Shown piece by piece: positions 21,312 through 31,486 of a stretch of 64,000 nt of DNA. The notes under the pieces were generated by a model. It did not search any database and was not told where the DNA came from. It saw nothing but the letters and a program-made list of their open reading frames with translations. Numbering within the stretch: the first letter of the stretch is position 1; each line of letters begins with the position of its first letter. Source of the DNA: an uncultured cyanobacterium (lineage in GTDB: Bacteria > Cyanobacteriota > Cyanobacteriia > Cyanobacteriales > CAWCAG01); contig CAWDOD010000011.1 of assembly GCA_963803805.1 (NCBI GenBank), positions 64,001 through 128,000 on the forward strand. Reading direction: 5' to 3'. The translations under genes and the position numbers were made by a program.

Positions 21312-21505
21312 AAATATTTTGTGTTGGGAAGAATAAATTGTCGTTTCAGGAGGTTAAAAGTTAATCAATTTACTTCATTTGTTCTTGATAATTAAATAAT
21401 ACCAATTCCTGAAAATCAAGGTTTCCAAAGCTATCTGCAAAGTCTCTTCTTGTAATAAAGACCAAAGGTGGTTTCTGTTGTCTTATTGCAAAACCCCAAG
21501 AATAA

Positions 21506-23320
21506 TTAAGCCGGGATAGTAATTTTCTTTTCCCCAGCTAAAGCAAAAGCCCCATGAACCGCTTTTAAAGCAATGGCTCCCTGTTCTTCGTCTACCACAC
21601 AGCTAATTTTAATTTCTGAGGTAGTAATCATTTGAATATTGATTTTCTCTTTAGCTAAAGCGGCAAACATCTTTGCTGCTACCCCCGGTTGCCCTACCAT
21701 ACCAGAACCAACAATGCTGACTTTAGCGATTTTAGTATCTACCGAAATTTCCCCACACTGAAGTTCTTTTGCTACAGCTTGTAAGGTTTTTTGAGCAGCT
21801 TGGGCATCTGGTTGGGCTACGGTACAAGCAATGTCACGACAAGGAACTCCATTTATAATCCGGCAGCGTTGGGATTGAATAATCATATCCACGCTAATAT
21901 TTTCCTTCGCTAGCAAACTAAACACCTTTGCTGCCATGCCAGGTTGATCTGGGATGTGGCGAACAGCAAGACGGGCTTGGTTGAGATCAAGAGCAACTCC
22001 CCTCACTGGGACTAGTTGTCCTTTTTCCTGGGTAGGTTGAGTTTGCCGAATTGCAGAACTATTAATTTCAAAAGCACAACACAGAGCAGTAGCCGCGCGA
22101 TCGCTATCTTCTTGGTTAATAATACAGCTAACTTTCACTTCTGAAGTGGAGATCATTTCGATGTTAACTCCAGCTTCTGCCAGTGCGGTAAACATCTTAG
22201 CAGCAATACCCGGACGACCAATCATTCCTGCCCCAGAAATGGTAATTTTGGCAATACCTCGCTCTACCATTACCTCCGCTTCATTGTTGCTAGTACTTAT
22301 TTGAGAACGTAAAGCTGGGGCAATTGCTTCAGAAACAGCCTCTGCTTTGTTGAGAACTGCTTTAACCACAGTGAAGGCAATATCATTACTATTCCCTTCA
22401 TGAATAGATTGAATAATTAAATCTACATCAACATTTTGCTCAGAAATTTCCCCAAATAATTGAGCGGCGATACCTGGGCGATCTGGAACTCGCAAAAGAG
22501 CAACTTTAGCTTGATCTGTATCCAATTCCACCCCATCCACCGCTTTGGTAATTTCCAAACCTACTAAAGAACGAGGCTTAGGGGTGGGGGAAACCACTTT
22601 GGTTCCTGGTTCATCACTCCAACTTGAAAGTACTAACAGAGGAACACCATAATTACGGGCAATTTCTACCGCACGAGGATGCAAAACCTTGGCTCCTAAA
22701 CTGGCTAACTCTAACATCTCATCACAGGTAATTTGTTCTAACAACCTTGCTGACGGTACAATTCGTGGATCAGTGGTAAGAATACCAGGGACATCGGTAT
22801 AAATTTGGCAACAATCAGCTTTTAAGGAGGCTGCTAAAGCAACAGCAGTGGTATCAGAACCTCCTCTTCCCAGGGTGGTAATCTCTAATTCTTCTTTACT
22901 GGTTATACCCTGAAAACCAGCCACCACCAAGACTTTCCCCTCTCCTAAATGGCGCTGCATTCTTTGGGTATTAATTTCTAAAATTCGAGCGCGACTATGG
23001 GCTGCCTCTGTCACTATACCAACTTGAGCGCCAGTGAGGGAGATAGCAGGCTGTCCCAATTCTTGCAAAGCCATACTTAGTAAGGCAATAGAAACCTGTT
23101 CCCCCGTGGACAGAAGCATATCCATTTCCCGGCGATTGGGATGACTAGCAATTTGTTGGGCTAAACTAACTAAGGTATTAGTGGTTTTTCCCATGGCAGA
23201 AACCACTACTACCACTGAGTTGCCACCTTGAACTGTTTTGCAGATCCGTTGAGCAACTGCTTGAATCCTTTCTACCGAACCAACGGAAGTACCACCGTAT
23301 TTTTGGACGATTAGAGCCAT
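21506..23320 (-). CDS. lysC: Aspartate kinase (cyanobacterial type, four ACT domains)
   Basis: VQKYGGTSVG, TLGRGGSDTTA, YTDVPG, ACT repeats ending ISTSE/ITTSE. Confidence 0.97.
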   Translation of the reverse strand: MALIVQKYGGTSVGSVERIQAVAQRICKTVQGGNSVVVVVSAMGKTTNTLVSLAQQIASHPNRREMDMLLSTGEQVSIALLSMALQELGQPAISLTGAQVGIVTEAAHSRARILEINTQRMQRHLGEGKVLVVAGFQGITSKEELEITTLGRGGSDTTAVALAASLKADCCQIYTDVPGILTTDPRIVPSARLLEQITCDEMLELASLGAKVLHPRAVEIARNYGVPLLVLSSWSDEPGTKVVSPTPKPRSLVGLEITKAVDGVELDTDQAKVALLRVPDRPGIAAQLFGEISEQNVDVDLIIQSIHEGNSNDIAFTVVKAVLNKAEAVSEAIAPALRSQISTSNNEAEVMVERGIAKITISGAGMIGRPGIAAKMFTALAEAGVNIEMISTSEVKVSCIINQEDSDRAATALCCAFEINSSAIRQTQPTQEKGQLVPVRGVALDLNQARLAVRHIPDQPGMAAKVFSLLAKENISVDMIIQSQRCRIINGVPCRDIACTVAQPDAQAAQKTLQAVAKELQCGEISVDTKIAKVSIVGSGMVGQPGVAAKMFAALAKEKINIQMITTSEIKISCVVDEEQGAIALKAVHGAFALAGEKKITIPA

Positions 23321-23332
23321 GATCTAGGAATA

Positions 23333-23609
23333 ACGAGATGTGCAACTTAAAATGGAGCAGAAAAATCTTACTGATGTATAGTGGGAAATGATTAACTTGT
23401 ACCCTTAATCAGTGAGACTATGTTTGATATAGAAGAGTTTATCATAGCTGTCTATGTTGAGATTAACGGGGTGACGGGGTGAAAACTATTATTCTATTGA
23501 TGCGATGTGCAACTCTTTTGAAACCCTTGTGGTGATAGGTTTCCAGGAAAGATGATTTTCTCGAAACCGACGGCGATACGATGCTATCGTTTAAAGTTGT
23601 GCAAGACGT
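23333..23609 (+). mobile_element. IS982-like remnant: inverted-repeat ends plus the first codons of a transposase
   Basis: ACGAGATGTGCAACTT (23333), ATGCGATGTGCAACTC (23500), inverse AAGTTGTGCAAGACGT (23594); MFDIEEFIIAVY at 23420. Confidence 0.55.
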
Positions 23610-23850
23610 ACTTAGATTTTAATATTAGTGTACTTGCCAAATTTTTATAGTCATGTCCGAACTACAGCTTACAAGGATTGGTTTATAGAGCGATTAGTAG
23701 ATTGGAAGTTATTCAATTTCCCTAATCTTCAAAACTACGATGCTTTTTCATGTCTCATTTGAAAACGCTATATTACCTGTTGTGACGAGGAAGTAGGGAG
23801 TAATCTTAAAGATGTAACAATGCCTTTTCACCCCCTACTTCACTGTATAA

Positions 23851-24933
23851 TTAAGCAATTGTCACCTCATTAGATAAATAAACATTTTGAATCGCGTGAA
23901 ACAACTTAACTCCTTCTACCAAGGGGCGTTGAAAGGTTTTTCTACCAGAAATTAAACCACAACCACCAGCACGTTTATTAATTACCGCAGTACGTACAGC
24001 GTTAGCAAAATCGTTATCCCCAGAGGAACCACCAGAATTAATTAAACCACTACGCCCTGCGTAGCAATTGAGTACTTGGTAGCGAGTTAAATCAATAGGA
24101 TGCTCACTTGTGAGGCTATTGTAAACTCTCTCATCTGTTCTACCATATTTTTCTCCTGTCGCTTTAGCCACTGCACCGTAACCGCCATTGCATTCAGGTA
24201 GTTTCTGCTTGATAATATCAGCTTCAATGGTTACTCCCAAATGGTTGGCTTGTCCAGTTAAATCCGCCGCTAAATGGTAGTCTAGATCTTGTTTAAAGAC
24301 ATTGTTGCGTAGGTAACACCAAAGAATTGTCGCCATCCCTAATTCATGTGCCTGGGCAAAAGCTTGACTAACTTCTTGGATTTGACGGGATGATTCTGGT
24401 GAACCAAAATAAATAGTTGCCCCAACTGCTACAGCCCCCAAATTCCAGGCTTGTTTGACAGAGGCGAACATAATTTGATCTGAGGGATTAGGATAAGTTA
24501 GTAACTCGTTATGATTTAGTTTGACGATAAAGGGGAGACGATGGGCATATTGGCGAGATACCATTCCCAACACTCCTAAAGTAGTGGCAACAGCATTACA
24601 ACCTCCCTCTAAAGCTAATTTGATTATGTTTTCAGGGTCAAAATAAATTGGGTTGGGGGCAAAAGAAGCGGCGGCTGAATGTTCTATGCCCTGATCTACA
24701 GGCAAAATGGAGAGATAACCTGTGTTTGCAAGTCTCCCTGTAGAATAGAGTTGCTGTAAACTACGAAGTACTTGCGGATTGCGATCGCTGCGAACAAAAA
24801 CCCGTTCGATAAAGTCTTTTCCTGGTAAGTTTAGGGATTCTTGAGGAACTTTAGCTTCATAAGTCAACAAATCTTCAGCTTCATCACCTAAATATGAGGC
24901 AACGGAACGAGAATCTAATTGAGTAGCAACCAT
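23851..24933 (-). CDS. fbaB: Class I fructose-bisphosphate aldolase (DhnA type)
   Basis: [36 protein letters not shown]. Confidence 0.95.
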   Translation of the reverse strand: MVATQLDSRSVASYLGDEAEDLLTYEAKVPQESLNLPGKDFIERVFVRSDRNPQVLRSLQQLYSTGRLANTGYLSILPVDQGIEHSAAASFAPNPIYFDPENIIKLALEGGCNAVATTLGVLGMVSRQYAHRLPFIVKLNHNELLTYPNPSDQIMFASVKQAWNLGAVAVGATIYFGSPESSRQIQEVSQAFAQAHELGMATILWCYLRNNVFKQDLDYHLAADLTGQANHLGVTIEADIIKQKLPECNGGYGAVAKATGEKYGRTDERVYNSLTSEHPIDLTRYQVLNCYAGRSGLINSGGSSGDNDFANAVRTAVINKRAGGCGLISGRKTFQRPLVEGVKLFHAIQNVYLSNEVTIA

Positions 24934-25043
24934 AATCTTGAATTGATAATTGATAATTAACAATTTATTCTAGCTAGTTTAATGATATGTTGTTTTAATT
25001 CGTAACAGCTTATAATTTTTTTATCATTTCATAGCTAATAAAA

Positions 25044-25499
25044 ATGCGATCAGGGCTAACTTTAGTTAAAGGTATAGTGAAACAAGGTCATCAAGTAGCA
25101 TCAGGAATAGCTGAAGATAGTCCTTATAATCAAGGTACTATTAAAATGCAATTACCGTTTTTCCAAGAATTAGGACTTGATCTGAGCGGTTATTATTTAG
25201 GTACATTGAATATTTCCATCGCACCCCACAGTTTTGAAATAAAGCAACCGAAATATACCTTCAAAAACGTTAAATGGCATCCTGATTATCCCGCAGAAGA
25301 TTTTTCTTTTTCTCCTTCTCAAGTGATTGTTGAAAATATTAATTATTCAGGGTTTATATATTATCCCCATCCCGAAACTAAAATTGGTCATTTCCAAGAT
25401 GACTCTATTTTAGAAGCGATCACTTTACCAATACCGAATCTCAATTATGGTGATTCCCTACAGTTAGCAATTGAGCAAAGAGAGATTTTCATCCACTGA
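25044..25499 (+). CDS. Conserved hypothetical protein with CTP-dependent riboflavin-kinase-like motifs
   Basis: KGIVKQGHQVASG and YLGTLNI resemble the GxVxSGxG / PGTLN motifs of archaeal RFK. Confidence 0.65.
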   Translation: MRSGLTLVKGIVKQGHQVASGIAEDSPYNQGTIKMQLPFFQELGLDLSGYYLGTLNISIAPHSFEIKQPKYTFKNVKWHPDYPAEDFSFSPSQVIVENINYSGFIYYPHPETKIGHFQDDSILEAITLPIPNLNYGDSLQLAIEQREIFIH

Positions 25500-25609
25500 T
25501 ATTAATATAAGCCGTTACACATTTCCAAAACATATGGTTAAACTAGCTAAAATAAACTGTAGTTCTTTCCTCTTAACCATTACCTTAGCGATCCCCTACA
25601 AAAATTCAG

Positions 25610-26665
25610 TTAATCAGCTAATTGTGAATAGCGATGGTTATCAACCTTATCAAAAGTCCCATTGTAAACAAAGTTTCTTACCATATCGGCTTTAAAGAAA
25701 TCGTGGGGGAAACCGAGTTCAATTTTGCTTACTTCATCTAGTTGTTTTAGCTGTTCTGCTGACAATTTAACATCAACACATTTAAGATTGTCTTCTACGT
25801 GGGCTACTTTTCTCGCCCCAACAATAGGAATTACTCCTTTACTCAACAACCAACTGAGGGCAACTTGTGAGGAACTTTTCCCTGTTTTTTCGGCAACTTC
25901 ATCCACTTCTTTGGCAATATTCAGGTTGCGATCACTTTTATCAACAAACCCCTCCATCATTTCACTATCTAAACGTCTTTCTTCGCCAGATTGATTACCT
26001 TTACTGTACTTTCCTGTTAACCAACCACTAGCTAAAGGCGACCAGGCAGTAACACCAATATCAAGAGTGTGAGCCATTGGTAATAATTCTCGTTCGGGCG
26101 CTCTTTGTATTAAGCTATATTCAATTTGTAGACCAATAAATTGTGTCCATCCTCGTAATTCAGCCAAGGTATTACATTGAGAAACAACCCAAGCAGGAGC
26201 ATCAGAAATACCAATATATAATATTTTTCCTGCTCGAATTAAATCATCAAAAGCTCGCATAACTTCTTCTGGTGGGGTCATAAAGTCCCAAGTATGCAAC
26301 CATAAAATATCAATATAATCAGTATTCAAACGCTTAAGACTGCCTTCAACTGATTGCACCATACTTTTACGTTGATTACCACTACCATTAGGATTGCCAT
26401 CCCCTAAACCATTGGTATATTTGGTTGCTAGTACAACAGCATCTCGTTGAGAAGCAATAAATTCACCAAGAAACTTCTCACTTGTACCATTGGTGTAGAT
26501 ATTAGCAGTATCAATAAAATTACCACCAGCTTCTAGGAAAGCATGGTAAATCTTTTTACTTTCTTCTTTTGATGAACCCCAGCCCCAATCTTCACCAAAA
26601 GTCATTGTCCCAAGACAGAGTTCAGATACTCTTAGTCCACTTTTTCCAAGCAATTTATAACGCAT
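25610..26665 (-). CDS. Aldo/keto reductase
   Basis: VSELCLGTMTFG, FIDTANIY, LATKY, SLKRLNTDYID, WSPLASG. Confidence 0.95.
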   Translation of the reverse strand: MRYKLLGKSGLRVSELCLGTMTFGEDWGWGSSKEESKKIYHAFLEAGGNFIDTANIYTNGTSEKFLGEFIASQRDAVVLATKYTNGLGDGNPNGSGNQRKSMVQSVEGSLKRLNTDYIDILWLHTWDFMTPPEEVMRAFDDLIRAGKILYIGISDAPAWVVSQCNTLAELRGWTQFIGLQIEYSLIQRAPERELLPMAHTLDIGVTAWSPLASGWLTGKYSKGNQSGEERRLDSEMMEGFVDKSDRNLNIAKEVDEVAEKTGKSSSQVALSWLLSKGVIPIVGARKVAHVEDNLKCVDVKLSAEQLKQLDEVSKIELGFPHDFFKADMVRNFVYNGTFDKVDNHRYSQLAD

Positions 26666-26755
26666 TATTTTTCTCCTTTATAGCTAAGCTGTCAGTAAAG
26701 CGGAGGCGGCCCCGCGTTGGCGTAAGAAGCAAAGGAACTCGCACCAAGCAAATTA

Positions 26756-26935
26756 ACTGGCAAAACTAGTTATATCGAGTGGTTTAACAACACCTTGAGA
26801 CAGGACGTTGGGCCCTTAGTGCGTAAGACTCTATCATTTTCCAAAAAGCTCAGTAATCATATCGCTGCTATCTGGTATTTCGGGCATCACTATAATACTT
26901 CTCTGTGTTCTTGACCGTTACTATTCAGGACTACC
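26756..26935 (+). mobile_element. IS1-family transposase 3' remnant with probable right end
   Basis: TGKTSYIEWFNNTLRQDVGPLVRKTLSFSKKLSNHIAAIWYFGHHYN* (stop 26912-26914), then ...CAGGACTACC end. Confidence 0.8.
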
Positions 26936-26937
26936 CA

Positions 26938-27264
26938 TTAAGCTTCTTCGTCTGTTTCAATTTTTTTCCCAGGAGAAGCATTATAGATGGCATCTAATTG
27001 TTCTCTAGCATCATCAACATTAACAGAACGCATTACTAAAAGTGGCTCGTTTATTGGCTGACCTCTTTCATCCAATAATTCTGGGTGAGGTACAGTTTTA
27101 GCCATTCTATTTCCAGATGGACCATTATTGCTGTTATTAGAGTTGGGCTTATAAGTATAGCGTCGGTTTGATTCAGCCGTTAAGTTAATTAAGTTACTAA
27201 TTAGGTTGCTAATGGCGAAAAAAGCAATAACTGTAAAGGCAAGAATGTAAAGTATATGTAACAT
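26938..27264 (-). CDS. DUF2973-type protein
   Basis: N-terminal TM; PHPELLD..G....EPLLVMRS. Confidence 0.85.
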   Translation of the reverse strand: MLHILYILAFTVIAFFAISNLISNLINLTAESNRRYTYKPNSNNSNNGPSGNRMAKTVPHPELLDERGQPINEPLLVMRSVNVDDAREQLDAIYNASPGKKIETDEEA

Positions 27265-27360
27265 TATTGTGATCCTCTCAGTGGAGTAGTTTTATTGACG
27301 AAAGTTTATTAAAAAGAGCCAGCAAAAAAGTTAGAGATTACTTTGGTATTGGCAAGTAGT

Positions 27361-27687
27361 TTAATCATAGGCTTGTTCTTGGTGAGAGCGCCATCTTTGT
27401 GATATTTGCCAGCATTCAGCTACTAATTGATGCCAAGGTACAAGGGTGGCTGTTTCAATGCCAGCTTGGCCGTCAGTTGCCTGTAATAACATCTGAGCAA
27501 CACTAACTTCTTGTTGAGCGCGAGAGAGTCGTGCTAGCAAATTAGTTCGCTCTTCATTGCTAAGAAAAGAAATTTCTTTTGCTTCTAATAAAGATTGCGA
27601 ACGAGAAAACCAATACTGAAAATCTTCGAGTAGAGGTCTAAGGACTGTTTTGAGCAGTTCGTTTTCAGGAAAATGAGAAGGCGACAT
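27361..27687 (-). CDS. DUF2605-type protein
   Basis: LLKTVL.PLLEDFQYWF.RS; PWHQLV.ECW; adjacent to the DUF2973-type gene. Confidence 0.85.
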   Translation of the reverse strand: MSPSHFPENELLKTVLRPLLEDFQYWFSRSQSLLEAKEISFLSNEERTNLLARLSRAQQEVSVAQMLLQATDGQAGIETATLVPWHQLVAECWQISQRWRSHQEQAYD

Positions 27688-27845
27688 TTATATAAAGCAG
27701 CTTACTATCTAAGTCTACATATTAGCGTTATTTACAATCTTTAATATTTATTACTTGGATTTTTGAGGGCAATATGCTAAAAAGCCTCTAAATGTAGGGC
27801 AAGCTTAAAACTTGCCTCACATTTAGAGGCCTTTTGTGCAACAAT

Positions 27846-28043
27846 TTAATTATTATTATTGTTGCCGTTGTTATCATTGTTATCATCACCGGCGGCATTA
27901 CCTGTACCAGTTTTTCTTCCTCCACCGTTACCGTAACGCTTACCTCCTCGGGTAAAACGTTTGTTGCGATTTTTCCTAAATTTGCGAGCATAGGCTTTAT
28001 TGCGCTCAGCTTTTTCTTTTTTTAGGTTTCTACGTTTTGACAT
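27846..28043 (-). CDS. Small, very basic protein with a Gly/Asn/Asp tail
   Basis: GAGG RBS before ATG; MSKRRNLKKEKAERNKAYARKFRK. Confidence 0.7.
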   Translation of the reverse strand: MSKRRNLKKEKAERNKAYARKFRKNRNKRFTRGGKRYGNGGGRKTGTGNAAGDDNNDNNGNNNNN

Positions 28044-28064
28044 TATGACCTCATTGACACGACA

Positions 28065-28119
28065 AAGCGCCTTCAGCTTTGGCTCGTTAGATTAACTCCC
28101 AAGCGTTTCTGAGGCGCTT
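28065..28119 (-). promoter_or_regulatory. Structured 5' leader stem of the basic-protein gene
   Basis: Minus strand AAGCGCCT-CAG ... CTG-A-AGGCGCTT (11 bp, one bulge). Confidence 0.5.
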
Positions 28120-28199
28120 ATTGAATTTAGACTTTATTACTATTAAATTGCTGTTGTGGTCTAAAAACTCTGGGGTATTTCTAAATAAATCTTCAACTC

Positions 28200-28515
28200 G
28201 CGACATACTCCTACACTAGCTTTTTAAGTATAGTGTAGGCTTCTTACCAACTCCACCCAGCAGTATTTCATGATTGAGATACTCCACGAACGGATGCTCG
28301 ATAAGCTTTATTAACGACACGTAATGCCCTACCGCACCGGATTTAAAATCAAAGGCTTATTGGCTTATGGGCGTTAGTGAACTCAAACCCGTTTCTCTAT
28401 TCTACGGTATGTTTGATGTACTTTGAGGGTTTTTTATAAGATATCTACGCCCAACTAGCCTATCCACCCCGACACCAATATCAAAAGATTACGATGCGGG
28501 GCTTCCGGCGTTAAG
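28200..28515 (-). mobile_element. Non-autonomous IS200/IS605-family element (both ends plus tnpB 3' tail; candidate omega/reRNA)
   Basis: Left end GAAGCCCCGC..GTCGGGG hairpin; right end GAAGCCTACACTA..TAGTGTAGGAGTATGTCGC; internal GCG GTA GGG CAT (AVGH), resembling the tnpB C-terminal tail. Confidence 0.7.
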
Positions 28516-28794
28516 CTAAAACCTATTGTTTTTTCTGCGGTTGTCTCTATCTTCCCTCGGTCTGGCTTTGTTGACACGTAACTGTCTATTCATCCATTCT
28601 GCCCCATCAAGTTCGGCTATGGCTTTGTCTTCTTGGCTTTCTTCTTCCATTTCCACAAAAGCAAAACCACGAACTCGGCCTGTTTCCCTATCTTTTGGTA
28701 TGACAACGCTCTTAACAGAACCGTATTCTGCAAAAACTTCGGACAGGTCTTCTTCTTTGACCTGGTAAGATAGGTTGCCTATGTAAATTGTCAC
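28516..28794 (-). CDS. rbp: RRM RNA-binding protein (Rbp family)
   Basis: IYIGNL (RNP2), RGFAFVEM (RNP1), LRVNKA. Confidence 0.95.
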   Translation of the reverse strand: MTIYIGNLSYQVKEEDLSEVFAEYGSVKSVVIPKDRETGRVRGFAFVEMEEESQEDKAIAELDGAEWMNRQLRVNKARPREDRDNRRKNNRF

Positions 28795-29027
28795 TAATGC
28801 TTCTCCGTCTGAAATACTGGCTTAGATAAAGGTCGGCTGGAGATAATTTAGAAACTCTAATTAGGCTAGCCCGTTATAATTTCTAGAAAAGTCTCTTGGC
28901 TATATAGGGTTTCCCAACCGCTAGCTAGTCCGAACTAAAATCTATTTTCGTACTAACTATAGCATATTTAGGCTAGTGTAAAACTGAGTTGAAAATCGGT
29001 TCGAGAATAGAGTTTCTAAGGAAATTT

Positions 29028-29378
29028 TCATCCCCCGCTAATCTTTGCTTTATAGCCTAATTTTTGCAAAAACTGGCAAATTTTTTCTTTATGGTCGCCT
29101 TGAATTTCTAAAGTATTATCCTTGAAGGTTCCACCGCTACCACAATGACTTTTTAATTGCTTGAGTAAAGTAGTTAGGGTTTCTGATGTACTTTGGAATC
29201 CCTCAATAATAGTGACTGTTTTACCTTTACGCCCTTTGCGAGTAGATTGTACCCGCAAGTTCTGTTGATTAGGAGGTAAATCTGGTTTACCCCGTTCTAA
29301 GGCTGCTGGCTGGCTAGCTTCACCAAATTCTTGGTAAGCAATTCGTTGGTTAGAAGAAGATTTACGCTTTTTGCTCAT
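29028..29378 (-). CDS. Translation initiation factor SUI1 family (YciH-like)
   Basis: RKGRKGKTVT, LK..CGSGGT.KD..LEIQGDH. Confidence 0.93.
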   Translation of the reverse strand: MSKKRKSSSNQRIAYQEFGEASQPAALERGKPDLPPNQQNLRVQSTRKGRKGKTVTIIEGFQSTSETLTTLLKQLKSHCGSGGTFKDNTLEIQGDHKEKICQFLQKLGYKAKISGG

Positions 29379-29455
29379 ATAAGGTTGGTTGGTTATTCCC
29401 GCTTCGCCAATAGATTTATAATTAAACCTGTCGTAATAGTATTTTGCCTTAAATT

Positions 29456-30697
29456 GTGAGCGCCACTACCAACACTGCGGTTTATACCGATTCCCAACAA
29501 CCCGATGCTTTAGGAAGATTTGGTCGTTTTGGAGGTAAGTATGTACCGGAAACCTTAATGCCGGCTTTAAGCGAGTTAGAATCTGCTTATAGTCAATATC
29601 GCCAAGATCCTGACTTTATGAAGGAATTACAGGGGCTACTGCGAGATTATGTCGGTAGACCTAGCCCTTTATATTTTGCCCAACGCTTGAGCGATCGCTA
29701 CGCTAAATCTGATGCTACAGGGCCGCAAATTTATCTTAAAAGAGAAGATTTAAACCATACCGGGGCCCATAAAATTAATAATGCTTTAGCTCAAGTTTTG
29801 TTAGCTAAGCGTATGGGTAAGCAGCGTATTATAGCTGAAACTGGTGCAGGGCAGCATGGCGTGGCTACAGCAACAGTCTGCGCCCGCTTTGGCTTGGAAT
29901 GTATTATTTATATGGGGGAACAGGATATGGAACGCCAAGCCCTCAATGTTTTTCGGATGCGACTGCTAGATGCGAAGGTGCAACCTGTAACCGCAGGTAC
30001 TGGTACTCTCAAAGATGCTACTTCTGAAGCGATTCGGGATTGGGTAACCAATGTGGAGAATACCCATTATATTCTCGGCTCTGTGGCTGGACCTCATCCT
30101 TATCCGAGAATGGTTAGGGATTTTCATGCTGTTATTGGTCAAGAGACTCGCCAGCAATGTCAGGAAAAGTGGGGGGGGCTACCTGATATTCTCATGGCTT
30201 GTGTGGGCGGAGGTTCTAATGCCATGGGCTTATTTGCTGAGTTTGTTAAAGATACCTCTGTGAGGATGATCGGTGTCGAAGCAGCAGGAGAAGGTACGGA
30301 AACAGAGAAACACGCTGCTACTCTCACCAAAGGTCGTCCAGGGGTGTTACACGGAGCCATGAGCTATTTATTACAGGATACTGAAGGTCAAGTCATTGAA
30401 GCTCATTCTATTAGTGCCGGATTGGATTACCCTGGAGTGGGACCAGAACATAGTTATCTCAAGGATACCCAACGGGCAGAATACTATAGCGTTACTGATG
30501 CTGAAGCAGTGGATGCTTTTGTGCGAGTATCAAAGTTGGAAGGAATTATCCCTGCTTTAGAAACTGCCCATGCTTTTGCTTATTTAGAAGCTCTTTGCCC
30601 CCAATTACCAGGCAGTCCTAAAATCGTTATTAATTGTTCGGGGCGAGGTGATAAGGATGTGAGGACGGTGGCGAAGTATTTAGGAAAGGAATGGTAA
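29456..30697 (+). CDS. trpB: Tryptophan synthase beta chain
   Basis: [49 protein letters not shown]. Confidence 0.98.
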   Translation: MSATTNTAVYTDSQQPDALGRFGRFGGKYVPETLMPALSELESAYSQYRQDPDFMKELQGLLRDYVGRPSPLYFAQRLSDRYAKSDATGPQIYLKREDLNHTGAHKINNALAQVLLAKRMGKQRIIAETGAGQHGVATATVCARFGLECIIYMGEQDMERQALNVFRMRLLDAKVQPVTAGTGTLKDATSEAIRDWVTNVENTHYILGSVAGPHPYPRMVRDFHAVIGQETRQQCQEKWGGLPDILMACVGGGSNAMGLFAEFVKDTSVRMIGVEAAGEGTETEKHAATLTKGRPGVLHGAMSYLLQDTEGQVIEAHSISAGLDYPGVGPEHSYLKDTQRAEYYSVTDAEAVDAFVRVSKLEGIIPALETAHAFAYLEALCPQLPGSPKIVINCSGRGDKDVRTVAKYLGKEW

Positions 30698-30764
30698 TTT
30701 AGAACAGGGAGGGGGGAGCAGGATTAAAACAATCTTTTTGTATAGCTATTTAGTTATTCTGTGC

Positions 30765-31397
30765 ATGAAATTAGAAAATTTTCAGGTCTGTGATCGTGAT
30801 CTTGATGAACCTACTTTAGAAAAGTATTTGGACTCTCAAGAAATTGCTGTAGATACAGAGACGATGGGGTTAGTTCCTCAGCGTGATCGCCTTTGTTTGG
30901 TACAATTGTGTGGGCCTCAAGGTTATGTCACAGCTATTCGTATTGAGCAGGGACAGAAGGAAGCACCTCATTTAAAACAGTTAATGGAAGCTGTGGGGGT
31001 AACTAAAATCTTTCATTTTGCTCGCTTCGATATTGCTCAATTACAATCTAGCTTGGGCATCTCAACTCATCCTCTTTTTTGTACCAAAATAGCTAGTAAG
31101 CTAGCTCGTACCTATACTTCTAGCCACGGACTAAAGAGCTTAGTTCAGGATTTAGAGCAAGTTGAGTTGGATAAAAGCGCTCAAAGTTCTGATTGGGGAA
31201 ATGCAGCTAACCTTTCTGATGAACAACTCAATTATGCGGCCAATGATGTCCGTTATTTGATTAGTTTACAGCAGAAATTAATTAGTATGCTACAAAGAGA
31301 AAAACGTTGGGAATTAGCTAAACAATGCTTTGCTTGCGTGCCAGTATTTGCTTCTTTAGATTTACTTCATTACCAAGGTATTTTTGACCATAGATAG
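30765..31397 (+). CDS. RNase D-like 3'-5' exonuclease
   Basis: AVDTET, FHFARFD, CTKIAS, SSDW, YAANDV (DEDDy); start set at MKLENF. Confidence 0.9.
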   Translation: MKLENFQVCDRDLDEPTLEKYLDSQEIAVDTETMGLVPQRDRLCLVQLCGPQGYVTAIRIEQGQKEAPHLKQLMEAVGVTKIFHFARFDIAQLQSSLGISTHPLFCTKIASKLARTYTSSHGLKSLVQDLEQVELDKSAQSSDWGNAANLSDEQLNYAANDVRYLISLQQKLISMLQREKRWELAKQCFACVPVFASLDLLHYQGIFDHR

Positions 31398-31486
31398 GTA
31401 GCTAAAATTATCAATAAATAGGCAACAAAAATATTAGCCTCCTAACTACGCTTAAAATAATCTAGCTTCACAGGAGAAGTTGAGGG

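Noticed and set aside
26690-26935. GC-richer stretch considered as a riboswitch upstream of the aldo/keto reductase
   Set aside because: Mostly explained by the IS1 transposase remnant on the opposite strand
27788-28025. ORFs 27788-27991 (-) and 27834-28025 (+)
   Set aside because: Frame and antisense shadows of the basic microprotein, which has the ATG and RBS
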